The notes: generated by a model not told the origin, from the letters alone. A stretch of 63,677 bases of DNA, filler included, from Octopus bimaculoides (GCF_001194135.2; 7 parts of 7 records of this genome joined end to end with filler, not necessarily neighbours in it), one strand, 5' to 3'; counted from the whole stretch's first letter, positions 1-13,489 are shown. Numbers and translations are program-made.

Positions 1-320
1 GAAATTAGTGATGTAATCTTTTTCTTTGTCCGTGAGTCCTTGACCTTGCTGGAGTATAAGGGTGGTGAGGTTTTTGAGAGTTTTTTGTTGTTTATAGTTG
101 GTGATAGTTTCATAGAAGGAGTTATCGTTTAGTAAGGAGAGTGCTAGGTGTTTGTAAAAATCTGTGTTCATTAGGACTACAGTACTACCTTTGTCAGCTT
201 CTTTGATAGTAAGGCTTTTGTCCTGTTGTAAGTCTCTTAGATTTTTCCATTCTATGCTATTAAAGTTTGATTTGACCTTGGTTTTAGGTGAGGTAAAAGG
301 GAAACTCTGGATGTGGTTGC
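1..320 (-). mobile_element. Penelope-like retroelement (PLE) ORF fragment, region just N-terminal of the RT core; runs off the window start
   Basis: Open minus-strand frame from about 320 to 1 reads ...IEWKNLRDLQQDKSLTIKEADKGSTVVLMNTDFYKHLALSLLNDNSFYE...LTDKEKDYITNF. It contains the PLE-typical IKxADKGxxVVxM motif. Confidence 0.8.
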
Positions 321-2215
321 ATAAAAACAAATAGTAAATGAGTATATGCATATATACGTACAGGTATGTGCGTACCGACATCCACCTGTATGTATAGGTG
401 CATATCTAGGTACAGGACATTGCAAACAAAACGTAGACGAGAAAACACACAAGCCACATAGAGAACATTCTACTTCATCAGCTACCCCCGTTTTAACACC
501 GGCGTTTCGAAGAGCTGGGCAGGACGCATCGCTAAAACGGCTCTTCCCATGGACCGCAAATTAAATTTGTATACACAAATTAAATCTTGCCATGGAGGAA
601 TGTAGTGGCGGAATATATATATATATCATTGCATCATTGGTGATGGGTCTGCCGCTATTTCTGTGAGGGGTACTCCCATTGCAGTCGTTGATGGTGGTGG
701 TGCTGCCACTGGTTCTGTTCGTGCTTCTACTGCTACTGCTACTATTGGTACTGTCGTCCATGCTCCTGCAGTAGCCGTTGGGGAAGCTGCTGTTGTCGCA
801 GCTGCTATTAGGGTCGGCCAGTACCTCATCGTCATAGAAGATTCCCTTGGTTTCGCAATTGCAGCCCACTGGGTATTTGTTGCAGTCCCTGCATGACCAT
901 CCCTCCGCTCGTGGCCTAGCAGTGCTAACCAGAAAGCTCTTTAATTGGGGGCACGGCTAAATGAGAATGGATCGCCACTGGTACTTTTTTAAAACCTGGT
1001 ACTCATTTATCGGACGCCAGTGCTGAACTGCTAGGCTACGAAAACGTAAACACACGAACAACGTTTGTGAAACGGTGGATGGGGGAGCAAACGCAAACAC
1101 AAAAGACAAATACATGTATACATACATGCATACATACATGCATGCATGCACACACACACTAATATATAGATATACGTGACAATCTTTCTTTTCCTGCACG
1201 GACGTTCTAAAGACTGGACGCTTATACTTCTCCCTCTTCTATTTTCTCTCTTTTCAAATTTGAGTTTGAATTACGGAAAAATATGGATAAGTACTGTTTT
1301 TACTTTGCTAAAGATTTTCTACTATTTGAAAATAATATGTATTCTTGTTTTTTATATTATTCATTTGGTTCTTTAAAGATTATTTTTAATAGATAACTTA
1401 CTTAACACTAAATTATTTAGAAGTTATAGTTTCATTTCTACATAATATTAGAACTTCGATTTGAATAGTGTTGATATATTTTCGATTATTTTTGATTGAT
1501 AATATTTGATTAATAATTAGTCTTTATTGTTTATAATATCGTTAAAGGTTTTTTTTATTAAAACTTTGTATATATATATAAAGTTTAATCTTTTATTCNN
1601 NNNNNNNNNNNNNNNNNNNNNNNNNNNNNNNNNNNNNNNNNNNNNNNNNNNNNNNNNNNNNNNNNNNNNNNNNNNNNNNNNNNNNNNNNNNNNNNNNNNN
1701 NNNNNNNNNNNNNNNNNNNNNNNNNNNNNNNNNNNNNNNNNNNNNNNNNNNNNNNNNNNNNNNNNNNNNNNNNNNNNNNNNNNNNNNNNNNNNNNNNNNN
1801 NNNNNNNNNNNNNNNNNNNNNNNNNNNNNNNNNNNNNNNNNNNNNNNNNNNNNNNNNNNNNNNNNNNNNNNNNNNNNNNNNNNNNNNNNNNNNNNNNNNN
1901 NNNNNNNNNNNNNNNNNNNNNNNNNNNNNNNNNNNNNNNNNNNNNNNNNNNNNNNNNNNNNNNNNNNNNNNNNNNNNNNNNNNNNNNNNNNNNNNNNNNN
2001 NNNNNNNNNNNNNNNNNNNNNNNNNNNNNNNNNNNNNNNNNNNNNNNNNNNNNNNNNNNNNNNNNNNNNNNNNNNNNNNNNNNNNNNNNNNNNNNNNNNN
2101 NNNNNNNNNNNNNNNNNNNNNNNNNNNNNNNNNNNNNNNNNNNNNNNNNNNNNNNNNNNNNNNNNNNNNNNNNNNNNNNNNNNNNNNNNNNTATATATAT
2201 ATATATATATTTATA

Positions 2216-2390
2216 TACACGACGTGCTTCTCTCAGTTTCCCTTCTTCCCCTCTACCAAATCCCCTCACAATGCTTTGGTTGGCCTGTGGCTATCGTAGA
2301 AAATACTTGCCCAAATTGTCACGCAGTTGGATTGAACCTGGATCATGTGGTTAGGAGGCAAACCTCTCACCACACAGCAACGCCAGTGCC
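2216..2390 (-). mobile_element. tRNA-derived SINE head (octopus OK/OR-like family), degenerate
   Basis: Reverse complement resembles the head at 56930-57095 (gtggctgtgtggtaag...ccacatggttccgggttcag...gggcaagtgtcttctactatagcc). Confidence 0.7.
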
Positions 2391-3394
2391 TTTGATCTTT
2401 ACATATCTTTAAAATATATTTTAATCCCTACCAGTATAGGAAATCTGAATTTCTTGGAATTTGCTCCAGCTATAATTTATCTCATCAGATAAAATCAAAT
2501 GCAGGATGCTGATAGGTTATCTGTCTCATAGATAACTCTGTAACAAAACGTTTATTCTTTTTCTTATCTTTGGACAGTAAGTATTATTTCCTATTTGCTT
2601 CTAGAAATTCAAAGGAAATTACTAATATTCCCTCCAAACTAAGCTTTCGTACATGGACATCAATGTTTTCAAAGTGACTCATTTTGTATTATATTTTAGA
2701 AAAATTCAGCGCTGATTTGCTGAAGCAGAAATATCGTAACAGCAAATATTCTGACCAATACCATAAATTTCTTCGTCAGTTACTTCACCTTATCCACTTG
2801 AGCACGTCCTTTAGTGGTTGACAATACGTGCATCTCTGATAATGGGCTGGAGTAGTTGGAGAACATGAATGCCATATGGTGAGAGGCGATTCGTTGGGGT
2901 TTGAATAAATGTAACAAAATCAAAGCCTGAAGGAAATATTATTCATTTTTTAATACATTGTAGGAATAAGAATATAGGAAATAATAGCTACTACACACTG
3001 TAATGATTTCTTGAATTAATAAAAGGATCCCGAGTTTGTAATTGTAGCGTAAAGTGGGGTATACTGGAACATTATTCATTGCCTCAAAAAGGAGGAAAGG
3101 AAGAGTTGAACCGAAGGGATTCGAACACAGGACATAAAAGCCTGAATAAATACTAAAAAGCATTTCCTCTGACGTTTTAAGGCTTCCTCGAAATATGCTG
3201 ACAGTACACATCTCATATCCTGCACTTTGTATTACATTAGGCAGAGTATCTTCATAATACATGAAAACAACAGTTTGAAAGAGTAATTTTATTAAGATTC
3301 TTGTCGGAGAGAAGTGTAGCGACACGTTTTGATAATTACCGCCACAAAGTTGTTAATATGCCATACAGAAGCCACTTCTCTTCTGTCTTACAAA

Positions 3395-3560
3395 TCTAAT
3401 TTTGCTTGAGCAGAAATCCTTTGAGTTCTATAAGTCGTGTGTTTTTGGTATTTAGATCATCTACTATAGTACAAATTTTCCAGACTAGGCATTCGGGATG
3501 TTGCGTTTTGTGTGTTGGGTGATAGGATTTGAAATTTAGGTACTAGTGTGTATCTGTACT
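3395..3560 (-). mobile_element. PLE RT thumb-region fragment (pseudogenised)
   Basis: Minus strand reads TDTH*YLNFKSYHPTHKTQHPECLVWKICTIVDDLNTKNTRLIELKGFLLKQN*, matching the PLE TDTHQYLxFxSxHPxH...LAxRIxTIV...RLxEL pattern. Confidence 0.7.
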
Positions 3561-4529
3561 TTTGTAATAAATATCAGTTGTGATTGTGCTGTTATTTTTA
3601 ATGATGTGGATTAAAAAATATCTTTAACATATGAATATAAACAAATTACAGAAGACTCCCACCGATTAAGGTAAAAACGATCGAAACCAAGTAAGTTTGA
3701 TCACTCATAAAACTATTACATGTAAACCACAAGCTAATTGGTTAAAATAAAGGTGGGGTCAGTAATACCGTTATGTCCGGCAAACAGCGACGTTTAAGAT
3801 TGGTTAAAACTGTATTCCAAATGTTCGGCTTGTTGGAGCCTTCTAAGAAGTACAGAAAGGAAGAAGTCAGGCATTCTACTACAGTTGTGAAGGACTCACT
3901 TATCAGTTAAATACATTTTGAAATCTGATGATTACTATGAATGTATAAAAGCGCTAATTGAACTTTATGAACATTACAAAATAGTTTTTTAATGTTTCTG
4001 CTTCTATGTATTTAAATGTTATAAATATAGAACTTGGAGAATATTCTTTTTTTTTTACAATAATATAGTGTGACACTGCAATGTAAATTCTTACCATCCA
4101 TATCGATAACTTAAGGGGAAACACCACAGCGAAGAACGAAGCACTGAGATTTTGTTACCGTTCAATAAAACAAAGAGCACAGCGAAAAACGAAGCACTAA
4201 GTATTTGTGAGGCTTTAATAAATTTATTTCATTGGAATTTTATTAAAATTTGACGTATTAATAGCATAAATATATTAGATATCAAATACGTTGGTCGTAT
4301 TAATTTAGGTTTGTTAGAAAACTCATAGTTGTAGATTATGGTCTACAGATTTTCTCTTCTTTTACCATTTCCGTTCTTGGTGCAACAAACGTGAATTTCT
4401 TTCCAGGATAAATTACAAAATCAAACTTTTGTTCGTTAATATTTTATATTTCATTATGTCTCTTGATGTTTATTCATAGCTTTTCTACTGTTATAGGATT
4501 TGACGATTGGTTAATTTTCAAAATTGAAA

Positions 4530-4574
<45 letters not shown>

Positions 4575-4818
4575 GAAGAGGTAGATGAGGAGGAGGAGGA
4601 GGAGGAGGAGGTAGAAAAGCACAGCAGCATTATCAGCAACAACACTTGTTGATGTTCTTGTTGTAGTTGATTGTACTTTTGCTGTTTGCTTTGTTTTTCT
4701 CCTTTTGCTTTTGCTCCTTTGCTTTGTTTGTCTGCATTTCTTCTCATCGATTTTCCCCATTGTATAAAAAACAATCTGACGTATGACATTTATCCACAAG
4801 ATTCACCAGAGCAGAACG

Positions 4819-5044
4819 TCAATAAGATGGTAAATTTACAATAAAAATCAGAAAAGCGATTACAGTTTGGTGTATACCGTTATGAGCCATGTGGATCGTA
4901 TCTTTTGAACTACAACGGCATTTAAGTAATATTCTACATACACATTTCAAACCCGGGCAGCAGCGAAAGGATGTTGGACGCCCGCTACCGTCACAGAACA
5001 GTTCGTTACATTTAGGATTAGGTTTATTTCTCTTAAACTTGTTA
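4819..5044 (-). CDS. Paralog A, last coding exon: KR site, 8-Cys agatoxin-like/ICK peptide and hydrophobic tail
   Basis: Acceptor ttcctcctatattctgtatttgcag| at 5045-5046. The exon (phase 2) reads (S)NKFKRNKPNPKCNELFCDGSGRPTSFRCCPGLKCVCRILLKCRCSSKDTIHMAHNGIHQTVIAFLIFIVNLPSY*, with TGA at 4821-4819. It is homologous to 23532-23742, with the same stop position. Confidence 0.85.
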
Positions 5045-5312
5045 CTGCAAATACAGAATATAGGAGGAAATAAAAGATACTATTAAATTCTGGTTTCTAA
5101 TTAAGGCAGAAGTCAAGGAATATTTAGCGAAGAGATTAGACGATAGTGGTGTTTATTTTATCGAGATCGATAGATCCAAAGAATCTAAGGAGACTTGATC
5201 TCACAACATGCAGAACTGAAACAAATACCACAAGTCATTTTTTTCTCTTTTAACGATTACTGACTGTATTTTCTTAATTTTCCTATCAACTAAGTATATA
5301 AATATAAATATA

Positions 5313-5565
5313 CAGTAATCTCTCGCCATATCACGGTTCACCTATCGCGGTTCACCTATCGCGGTTCACCTATCGCGGTTTATTATTTAAGCTTACGTCG
5401 ATTCATCCGTTATGTTGTTTTGCATTTATAATAAAAGAAATATATACTAACTATAAAAATAATGAAAAAATATATATACAGTATAGTACTGTTTCTATTT
5501 CACGGATTTACACCTAATGTGGGTTATTTTGGAACGTAACAGCCGCGATAGTCGAGGGGTTACTG
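5313..5565. mobile_element. Tigger/pogo-type MITE in intron 2 of paralog A
   Basis: Imperfect TIRs CAGTAATCTCTCGCCATATCACGG and (rc) CAGTAACCCCTCGACTATCGCGG, TA on both sides (5311-12, 5566-67), and an internal 14-bp unit ggttcacctatcgc repeated three times. Confidence 0.7.
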
Positions 5566-6940
5566 TATAGCCAGAATTTCATACAAAAATGTAGACAGGG
5601 AAATTAATAAATAAATGTTAATAGTTAGAGAGAAGATAACATTGGGAATATTAAATTTCTTCTCTTAATAATTGTAACAAATATGAATGTATGTTAATTA
5701 GATGTATCTATTTTTAAATACTCTCGACAGTTTTCAATCAATGTCAGACCTATTCATCCAGTATGTTCGAATTACCGTCACTATTTTGACATAATGGGAT
5801 AAATCTAAAATTTGGTTCATTATTCATTTGGTTCAGCACATTTGAATTGATAATCATGATCTATTTGTATTTGTATCAGGAAAATGATTGTCTGTCTAGG
5901 AGTAAATCCTTAAGATCTTCAAGTTGAATAGCATGTCACATTTGTGAATATCGTTTTGGTGAAATTAACACAAATATAGCCCTAGTGTGCTTTGAGTTAC
6001 ACAAAATAATGAATAGTTAACACTACGTACCTTTGGGTATGTTATAAGTTTCCATCTCTGTTCGGCTGTTCAATGTCTTCAAGAAAATAGCTAAAATTGA
6101 TAGTTTCCCTTAATCATATTCTATTTTGAATTGAATGTAATTTATTCCATTATGAGAACAATATAAATTAATTTCATTTCTGCATTCTTTCATAAAATAG
6201 AATAAAACAATTGTCTAGAAATGTTTTGCTCATCTAATTAATATACGAGTAGAAAGTGCTGCCATAGTTTCGTAGCAATTTCAGAATTAATATAATTTCT
6301 AAATATGTCATAATCATATTTGCATAAGTTTTGTCGGGGTTTGAGTGACAATAGTTACACGAAACTCGAAACAGTCAAATCGTCATTAAATCAAGCCCAA
6401 CTATCTCCAACTCACAACAACATATTAAGTAATGTAACAATACACGACGGACACATTATGTATGTCAAAAGACCAAGTAATCATAATTCCGTCGACCGTA
6501 ATCATATATCTGCTGAACTATGGGAGATTCGGGTATTCAACGAGTCTACTAAAAAATATTTCGTGCAATAACAGAGTATGACACTACAATATAAATTCTA
6601 TACTTACCACAGGAAAAAAAATCACACAGTTACAGCAACGAAGGGCGAATAACTGATATAGTGTTGTGGCAAATGCATTTATGTAATTCAGATTCCATTA
6701 CAGTTTCGGTAACAATAATAATCCTTATTATAGTATATTGTAATTTCAAATAACTTTAGTTTTCGAATTATGTGTTTAGGTTCAATTTACTCTTAAACTG
6801 GTTGAAACCTTATTACACTCGATAGCTTGAAATCTTCCTTAAGCAAAAATTAGATTTTTTCCAGCGGAAATCATAAAGCAAAATGCTGCACGAAAGTGTT
6901 ATTTGTTCAGGTTCCTTGTTGTTTATTGATGTTGTTAGTT

Positions 6941-7010
6941 TTATTATTATAGTATTTGGTAAGATCTATTAGTTTTATTATTATAGTATTTGGTAAGATC
7001 TATTAGTTTT
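6941..7010. repeat. Tandem duplication of about 33 bp
   Basis: ttattattatagtatttggtaagatctattagtt occurs twice head-to-tail. Confidence 0.75.
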
Positions 7011-7899
7011 AATACGAATAGTAATATTAGTAAAAGTAATTGTAATATTAGATGCAATAGTTGAATTTGTGTATATTGATGACTTTTGCGCGTTGCTGCT
7101 AAAGCTGAATAGATTTAATGCTGTATAATAGTGAACCCGCCAGATTCCTCTAGGCTTGTCAATCATCTGAGGAATGATACCCATCCTCTATACTTACGAC
7201 ACAAGTTGAATGTCAGTATAATATTAAAAGGGAGGTCAGGATAGAGACTACAGTCTGGATTATGCCATTATTCATCACATGAATTATATTTTGTAAATTA
7301 CAGCAGCAGTCATGCTTTATACTTTTACAATTCCATGTAAAACCTGAACATCAACGACGGCGAGGTTTTAAAGTTTGTATACATCGAAAAACACCCAAAG
7401 ATCGTGGTCCTGCTGATGTCTACAGTTATTGACCAAAAGTCATCAACATTTCAGACACTTAACGATCATATAATTCAATTCCATGGCGTCAACAATTAAA
7501 TGCCCCTGGAGTACAAAAGATCAAGCATGAAGAACGGAATGTGACATATAGAAAACAACACGTGGGTCTCAAAAGTGAAGGATAAAAAGGACGAGTTATG
7601 GGGAGAGCACGAACATAAATTACCTGTATCTGTATACAAGGAAAGCCTTTGTGCTATACGACAGAATTAAAGATGTATAACGCTAATAGGACTTGGGGAA
7701 GTCAAGCGAGATTATGACTGGACAAACGGACAACTATATAAGACGGAAAGTTTAAAGTGATTTAGCCATGAGGAGATAAATTTTCAGTTTCTGATATGTC
7801 ACCTCTGGAAGGTTGAGAGAAGAGTTGGAGGACGAAAGGGAGAAAAGTATTGTGTGCTCTACATTTGAGCCATTGACAGCAACTGATAGAGGACGCAAA

Positions 7900-8030
7900 C
7901 GAACTTGAGATTATACACATTGAGAGGGAAGCAGTGTGAGAAAACCTTTCGGTGAGACAAGAGAAATCATAGTGACAAAAGCTGATGAGATTGATGCAGA
8001 AGTAGAATAATTAACGTGAGGGGAGAGCTT
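7900..8030 (+). mobile_element. Highly decayed PLE ORF remnant
   Basis: One frame reads REIIVTKADEIDAEVE*, resembling the PLE IIVTKADKGNAVV motif. The match is short. Confidence 0.35.
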
Positions 8031-8832
8031 AGAAAATAAAATCGTAATTGCTATATTAGGAGGGGGGGGGGGAGGAATAGAAGGGAAAGTGATTATTTAG
8101 ACCTGGTGGTGTTGTAATTCCTGTCATTTCTTACGTTTATATGTGTGTACGAATCCACAGAGTGCAGATGTGCCGCACATCGATACACTAGCAATGGTGT
8201 GGCTCATTGCGTTGAAGTGAGCAACAGAAGTTTGGCCTGATATACGTTGTAAAATACTACAAATGTTTTGGCGAAAACTGTCGGGAAGCCGATAATATTC
8301 TGGTGATAAATTATATAACGTTGATAAACTTGCAGTTTCCTGTGATGTGAAACTTCTGACTTGTCTTTCTCTTCTCTTCTTTCTTTCTTCTACTGCTTCT
8401 ACTCCTTTCTACATATTGACTCTTACTACTTTGAGAAGGTCCCTGTCGCAAAGATCGGAAATTATTTTGCCCACAAGAACAATACATTACAGACCTCGTC
8501 ACGTATATATATGTACACACACATTTATACAAAACTGCACGTTACTATATTCATTAAATGGGACATATACATTTCAGGTCGTCTCATAAGTTCTGTCCTG
8601 AAACGTTGACGGAGCGTGCTACTCTGTTGTCGAAACTCTAGTTCTCAGCTAGTATTTATTTCATCAACCCAGTAATGTTGAAAGGCGCAGTGAACATCAG
8701 CAAAATTTCAACTCAAAAGAAAAGAAATGCCTCTAAGTATTTTATCCAGAGTGCTAAGGATTCTGCCAACTTCACGCTTTGCCAATACTAAATTATTTAC
8801 ATTTATAAGAGATGTAGATATGTAGTTCTTAC

Positions 8833-8893
8833 CTGTGAGTCATGTTACTCAAACTTACATAATCTCCTATACGTTGATGGAAAGGAGCGACAT
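8833..8893 (-). CDS. Paralog A, propeptide exon (61 nt, phase 1 to phase 2)
   Basis: ttttaatatctctttcag|ATGTCGCT...ACTCACAG|gtaagaac reads (D)VAPFHQRIGDYVSLSNMTH(S). It has the same length and splice sites as 21348-21408. Confidence 0.85.
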
Positions 8894-9654
8894 CTGAAAG
8901 AGATATTAAAATACATATGGAAGCATTGGATGTCTATTTACCAAAGTTTTGTGTAGAAATACACAGAATACTCAGGAAGCACTCAACAGATAATTCATTG
9001 AATAGAGGAGAATGTATTTAAGATAACACCATCTGAAACAAGATGGAGGATCATGAAGACTGGAACTCACATTTCCTCACTCAGACACTTAATATGGCTG
9101 ATCTCTGTTGTGATGGATATTTTTAATACATAAAGGAGGGGATAAAAACCAATGGAGCAATAAAAAGGAATGACTAGAAAAAACAAACAAAAAACACATG
9201 AAACATTATATATAGCACTTGCTGATTCTATTCTGTAATTATTTTAATAATTAAGAATCCTAAAATCAGCGGCGAACTGGCAGAATCGATAGCTCGACAG
9301 ACAATATTCTTCGTGGCATTTTCGCCCGTTTTGCTCTGATATAGGAGTAACAAGTCAGATCACACCACTTGAATTCTTCCCGATTTGTATTATAAAAGAT
9401 TAATCAGTCATAGTGTTAATTAAATGTTATATATTATAGAGAAGAAGCGTAATTCTGTATACTTGGACTATGCGTAGTGTTGATAAATAGAATTATTTAT
9501 TTAAAAGCTGTAATTGCATATAAATGGTGTACATCCGAAAGACCGCTGAGGTAGCGTTATTCATTTTCCTCCTTTCCGCTTTTCTATTTTCCGCCTTTTC
9601 TCCCACTACATTTAAGATGACTATAAAATAAAAGAAATTTCTAATTATACTTAC

Positions 9655-9718
9655 CTTGTTTAACCGAGAGTGTGTATGAGATGAATACAGAAAACAATAG
9701 GACACTGATTCCCTTCAT
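9655..9718 (-). CDS. Paralog A, signal-peptide exon
   Basis: ctatcatcag|gtgcgttATG...AAACAAG|gtaagt reads MKGISVLLFSVFISYTLSVKQ. It has a hydrophobic core, a T-L-S (-3,-1) cleavage site and a phase-1 donor. Confidence 0.88.
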
Positions 9719-10719
9719 AACGCACCTGATGATAGAGAAATATAACAACTAGAGTCATTAAAAACGGAAGCTTTTTTCTTACAAAGAAAGCAAAGGTTTA
9801 CAGCTGAAATTTAGGAAACAATTATCTTTTAGCTGTTCAAATTTATTTCCCTGAAAATCGAAGCTTTATCATTTAAATAATTAGTAGAATGGATAGTTTA
9901 ATTGCACAAATGATACTAATGTAAATTTAATTGCACCAAAATTACTAATGTGAATATATATTTTGGTGAAGATGATGTCTTGGACGCATTTATCTGTAAA
10001 TATTCTCCATAGTGTTAACAGTGGATGAAATACTCCTACTTGAAGTATATCTGGCTTCTATAGCTATATTATTTTTATTTCTGTCTCAAATAAATATGAA
10101 AGGCTTGTCAATTTGCGGTTGGCGGATTGCTGTATGTGAAATGTACGTAGTCAAATGTATTTTCTTTATTTTCTATAACCAAAAACAGTCTTTGCTGCAC
10201 ATTTCACTGTATATTAATTAACATGTTGCACTGGTATCTAACACCATACCTGAATAAACATAATTGTTTGTGGCTAAACATATCATATCATCCTCACATA
10301 GAAAATTGTTATCGACATCTTTGCAAATACAACACATTCTGTTTTAATTAATGGGCTCACTGTTTCTTTTATCTATTAGGGATTTCTGCTATCAATCTCA
10401 GTAAGGAAGAACTCGGCAACAAATCGAAGAATAAGTACGCCAGGTATACGACTCATACCAGAAGAATGTTATGCATTTGGTACATATACGGCAATTTCGA
10501 GAATGCCAACGAGCATTAAAAGCAACCTCTTCTGGATCTGAAATAAATGCATCACATTTCAGTTGGAAAGCTACGTCATTGCCATCCTGGAATCGGAACA
10601 TGTCGATTTCGTTCTACCTGTAGGAAAGTTTCCAGTAAATGTTGAAAAATGTTTTCAAGATTCTACATTCCCCTTTTGGCATGGCATTGTTGACAAACAC
10701 ACACGCATACCCTCACCCC

Positions 10720-10758
<39 letters not shown>

Positions 10759-12200
10759 GCATGTACATTGATATAAATGAGGAGACTCCCCTCAGTCATC
10801 TGTTTGTTGTTTACACACCCGTCTTCGTCTTTTGTTATTTTGTAAATTCTTAATATATATATCTATGTGTGTACATATCTAAGTATGTATATATCTATGT
10901 ATNNNNNNNNNNNNNNNNNNNNNNNNNNNNNNNNNNNNNNNNNNNNNNNNNNNNNNNNNNNNNNNNNNNNNNNNNNNNNNNNNNNNNNNNNNNNNNNNNN
11001 NNNNNNNNNNNNNNNNNNNNNNNNNNNNNNNNNNNNNNNNNNNNNNNNNNNNNNNNNNNNNNNNNNNNNNNNNNNNNNNNNNNNNNNNNNNNNNNNNNNN
11101 NNNNNNNNNNNNNNNNNNNNNNNNNNNNNNNNNNNNNNNNNNNNNNNNNNNNNNNNNNNNNNNNNNNNNNNNNNNNNNNNNNNNNNNNNNNNNNNNNNNN
11201 NNNNNNNNNNNNNNNNNNNNNNNNNNNNNNNNNNNNNNNNNNNNNNNNNNNNNNNNNNNNNNNNNNNNNNNNNNNNNNNNNNNNNNNNNNNNNNNNNNNN
11301 NNNNNNNNNNNNNNNNNNNNNNNNNNNNNNNNNNNNNNNNNNNNNNNNNNNNNNNNNNNNNNNNNNNNNNNNNNNNNNNNNNNNNNNNNNNNNNNNNNNN
11401 NNNNNNNNNNNNNNNNNNNNNNNNNNNNNNNNNNNNNNNNNNNNNNNNNNATATATATATATATATAAATAAACAATATTATTAAAATTAATAATAATAT
11501 CTTCGAAAATATATGCCAACACAACATTATCAAGGTTATCCTAATTGGGGGACTTCCAACAGAACATCTGAAAAATATTTTAGCTCTTCATAAACGCTAA
11601 CAAAAAATAACACCGAAATCAAATTCAGCTTGAGACTCTTATCAATTCAACCAATATATCGATTCCAAAAATCGCTGCATATTCCAAATCGTTGCTTAAA
11701 TTCAGGTTATTTCTGCTCTAGCAGACATATTATCAAAGACATTAAATTATCATTTCATCATTTAGTAATAGAGCTAATTGCAACAATAGTTATAAGTTCT
11801 AATGCAAATTCTTGATAAAGTGGGAAAATGAGAACGTTTTTTAAGAACTATTGAGAAACATAAAGCCGTAATATCCAACAGTATTATTTTCATTTGTTTC
11901 TTAACAACTAATTTGCATTAACCAAAGAACAAAGTCTAGAAGCGCTGGAGTTTATCCGAAAATTACGGAGTAAATTTATGCATATTCTCCAAATACAATC
12001 AATGAGTTGTAAAGCGAAAATTTGTAAATCATTGCGGGTCTTTCTCAGTTTGAGGTTCTTGGGCTGCACACAGGCAACAAACAGCCTAAGCTTATAAACA
12101 CCCATTCTACTTCTAAAAAGATCATCATTACCATAACACTCTATATAATGTTACTACTAATTTACATACACCTACAATGAATAATTCAAAGGTTACATAC

Positions 12201-12345
12201 TTGTAAATATTCGAATAATATTCCTATAAATATAACAGGAGACTTCTCATGCGCAAAGTTCGAACTAGTTGCTGGTATTCATACAGAGAGTGTAAGTATC
12301 AAGAGAACTCCTTCAACGTCTGTTTCCACCAGCTTTCATATTCTT
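12201..12345 (-). other. Candidate non-coding 5' exon of paralog A
   Basis: The block is conserved with 15745-15893, and both end in an AA|GTATGT donor-like site. The signal exons are preceded by an acceptor 7 nt before ATG, so an upstream UTR exon is expected. Confidence 0.4.
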
Positions 12346-12496
12346 CTCTCTTTCTCAGCTAGCCAACACATACACGCACGCGAGCGCGCATGCAAACACA
12401 AACACACACATACATACCTACGCACACATATATATATATACATATATGTATATATATGTATATGGACATATATATATCTATATATACATATATATA

Positions 12497-12545
<49 letters not shown>

Positions 12546-13489
12546 ATATATCAAAAACATGATTAATGCGATGAGGTTTAATATTGCTAACACCTGTGTG
12601 GAAGAGTAATAAGAATTAGTAACTGGAATAAATCATTTGAAACAGTATCAAATTTATATCCTCAGTGACGTCAACGTTCATCACTAAATGTGAGAGCAAC
12701 ATCTGCGTTTCAAGAAGTTAGACTACAGTTTTCCTCAGGAAATTAGGTTACAGATATCTGAAGAAGCAAAGAGTCGTGTTGTAACATCTCTTTTCAACAT
12801 ATCTTACACAGAATTTCAAGGAAATATTGCATGATGGATGGATTTTATGACTGATTACAACGGCTGAGAACTAAGATCTCACAAATGATTCCTGCTGATT
12901 AAAACCATAATATATTACAGTATTTAATCAGAAATCGGTGGAAGACAGGCTATAACTTTTTTATTTCTTGGGAACATAAACGAAATGCCTTTTCGTTTTC
13001 CACGTGGTAGAGAATCAGAATGTAAACCAAAGCAGAAAAAGAAATGAAAAAAAAATTAAGTCGAAAAAGAAACAGCGATGAGAACCGCTGGACCCAAGAA
13101 AACGAAGATTATCTCAGATTATCTCTGATGTACTTACGTTTTTTAAGACAAAATCTCTAACACAGGAGACATAGAGCGAAATGTCATCCATGTATGCTCA
13201 AGGATTCGTGGATAAAAATAAATGTAGCAAATGGATAATAGGTGTTTGCACTTTACAGTCTGATGGACTACAAAAAGTAAACTATTTCTTCGTCTGGGAT
13301 CAATTTATAGCACTTTAGTGAAGAATGGAATACTGTTATTGATAACTTTCGATAACACACACTGATGGAGTTGTAAATTCTCCACAGAATTACAAGTGTT
13401 TTCCAAGCATTAATTGCTAGTATCAGTGAACGACAATGAAAACGCAAGTTGAATGACTAGGAAAAATGTAGAAAAAAGAAAGATACACG

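Noticed and set aside
561-900. Cys-containing (GCNCETKG...) and Ala/Thr/Pro-rich minus-strand ORFs as a further peptide paralog or mucin exon
   Set aside because: No family Cys framework, no homology to the A/C exons or flanks, and no convincing splice sites. It looks like decayed GCA/CAG-rich low-complexity or TE linker sequence.
8120-8245. Minus-strand PNFCCSLQRNEPHHC*CIDVRHICTL behind a possible acceptor, as an extra mature exon
   Set aside because: In-frame stop, first two cysteines missing, and no nucleotide similarity to the real last exons or their flanks. Treated as chance.
10398-10620. ORF MFRFQDG...CRICTKC...ICCRVLPY upstream of paralog A
   Set aside because: It lies in intronic sequence homologous to 19730-19890, where the frame is not preserved, and its cysteine spacing does not fit the family.
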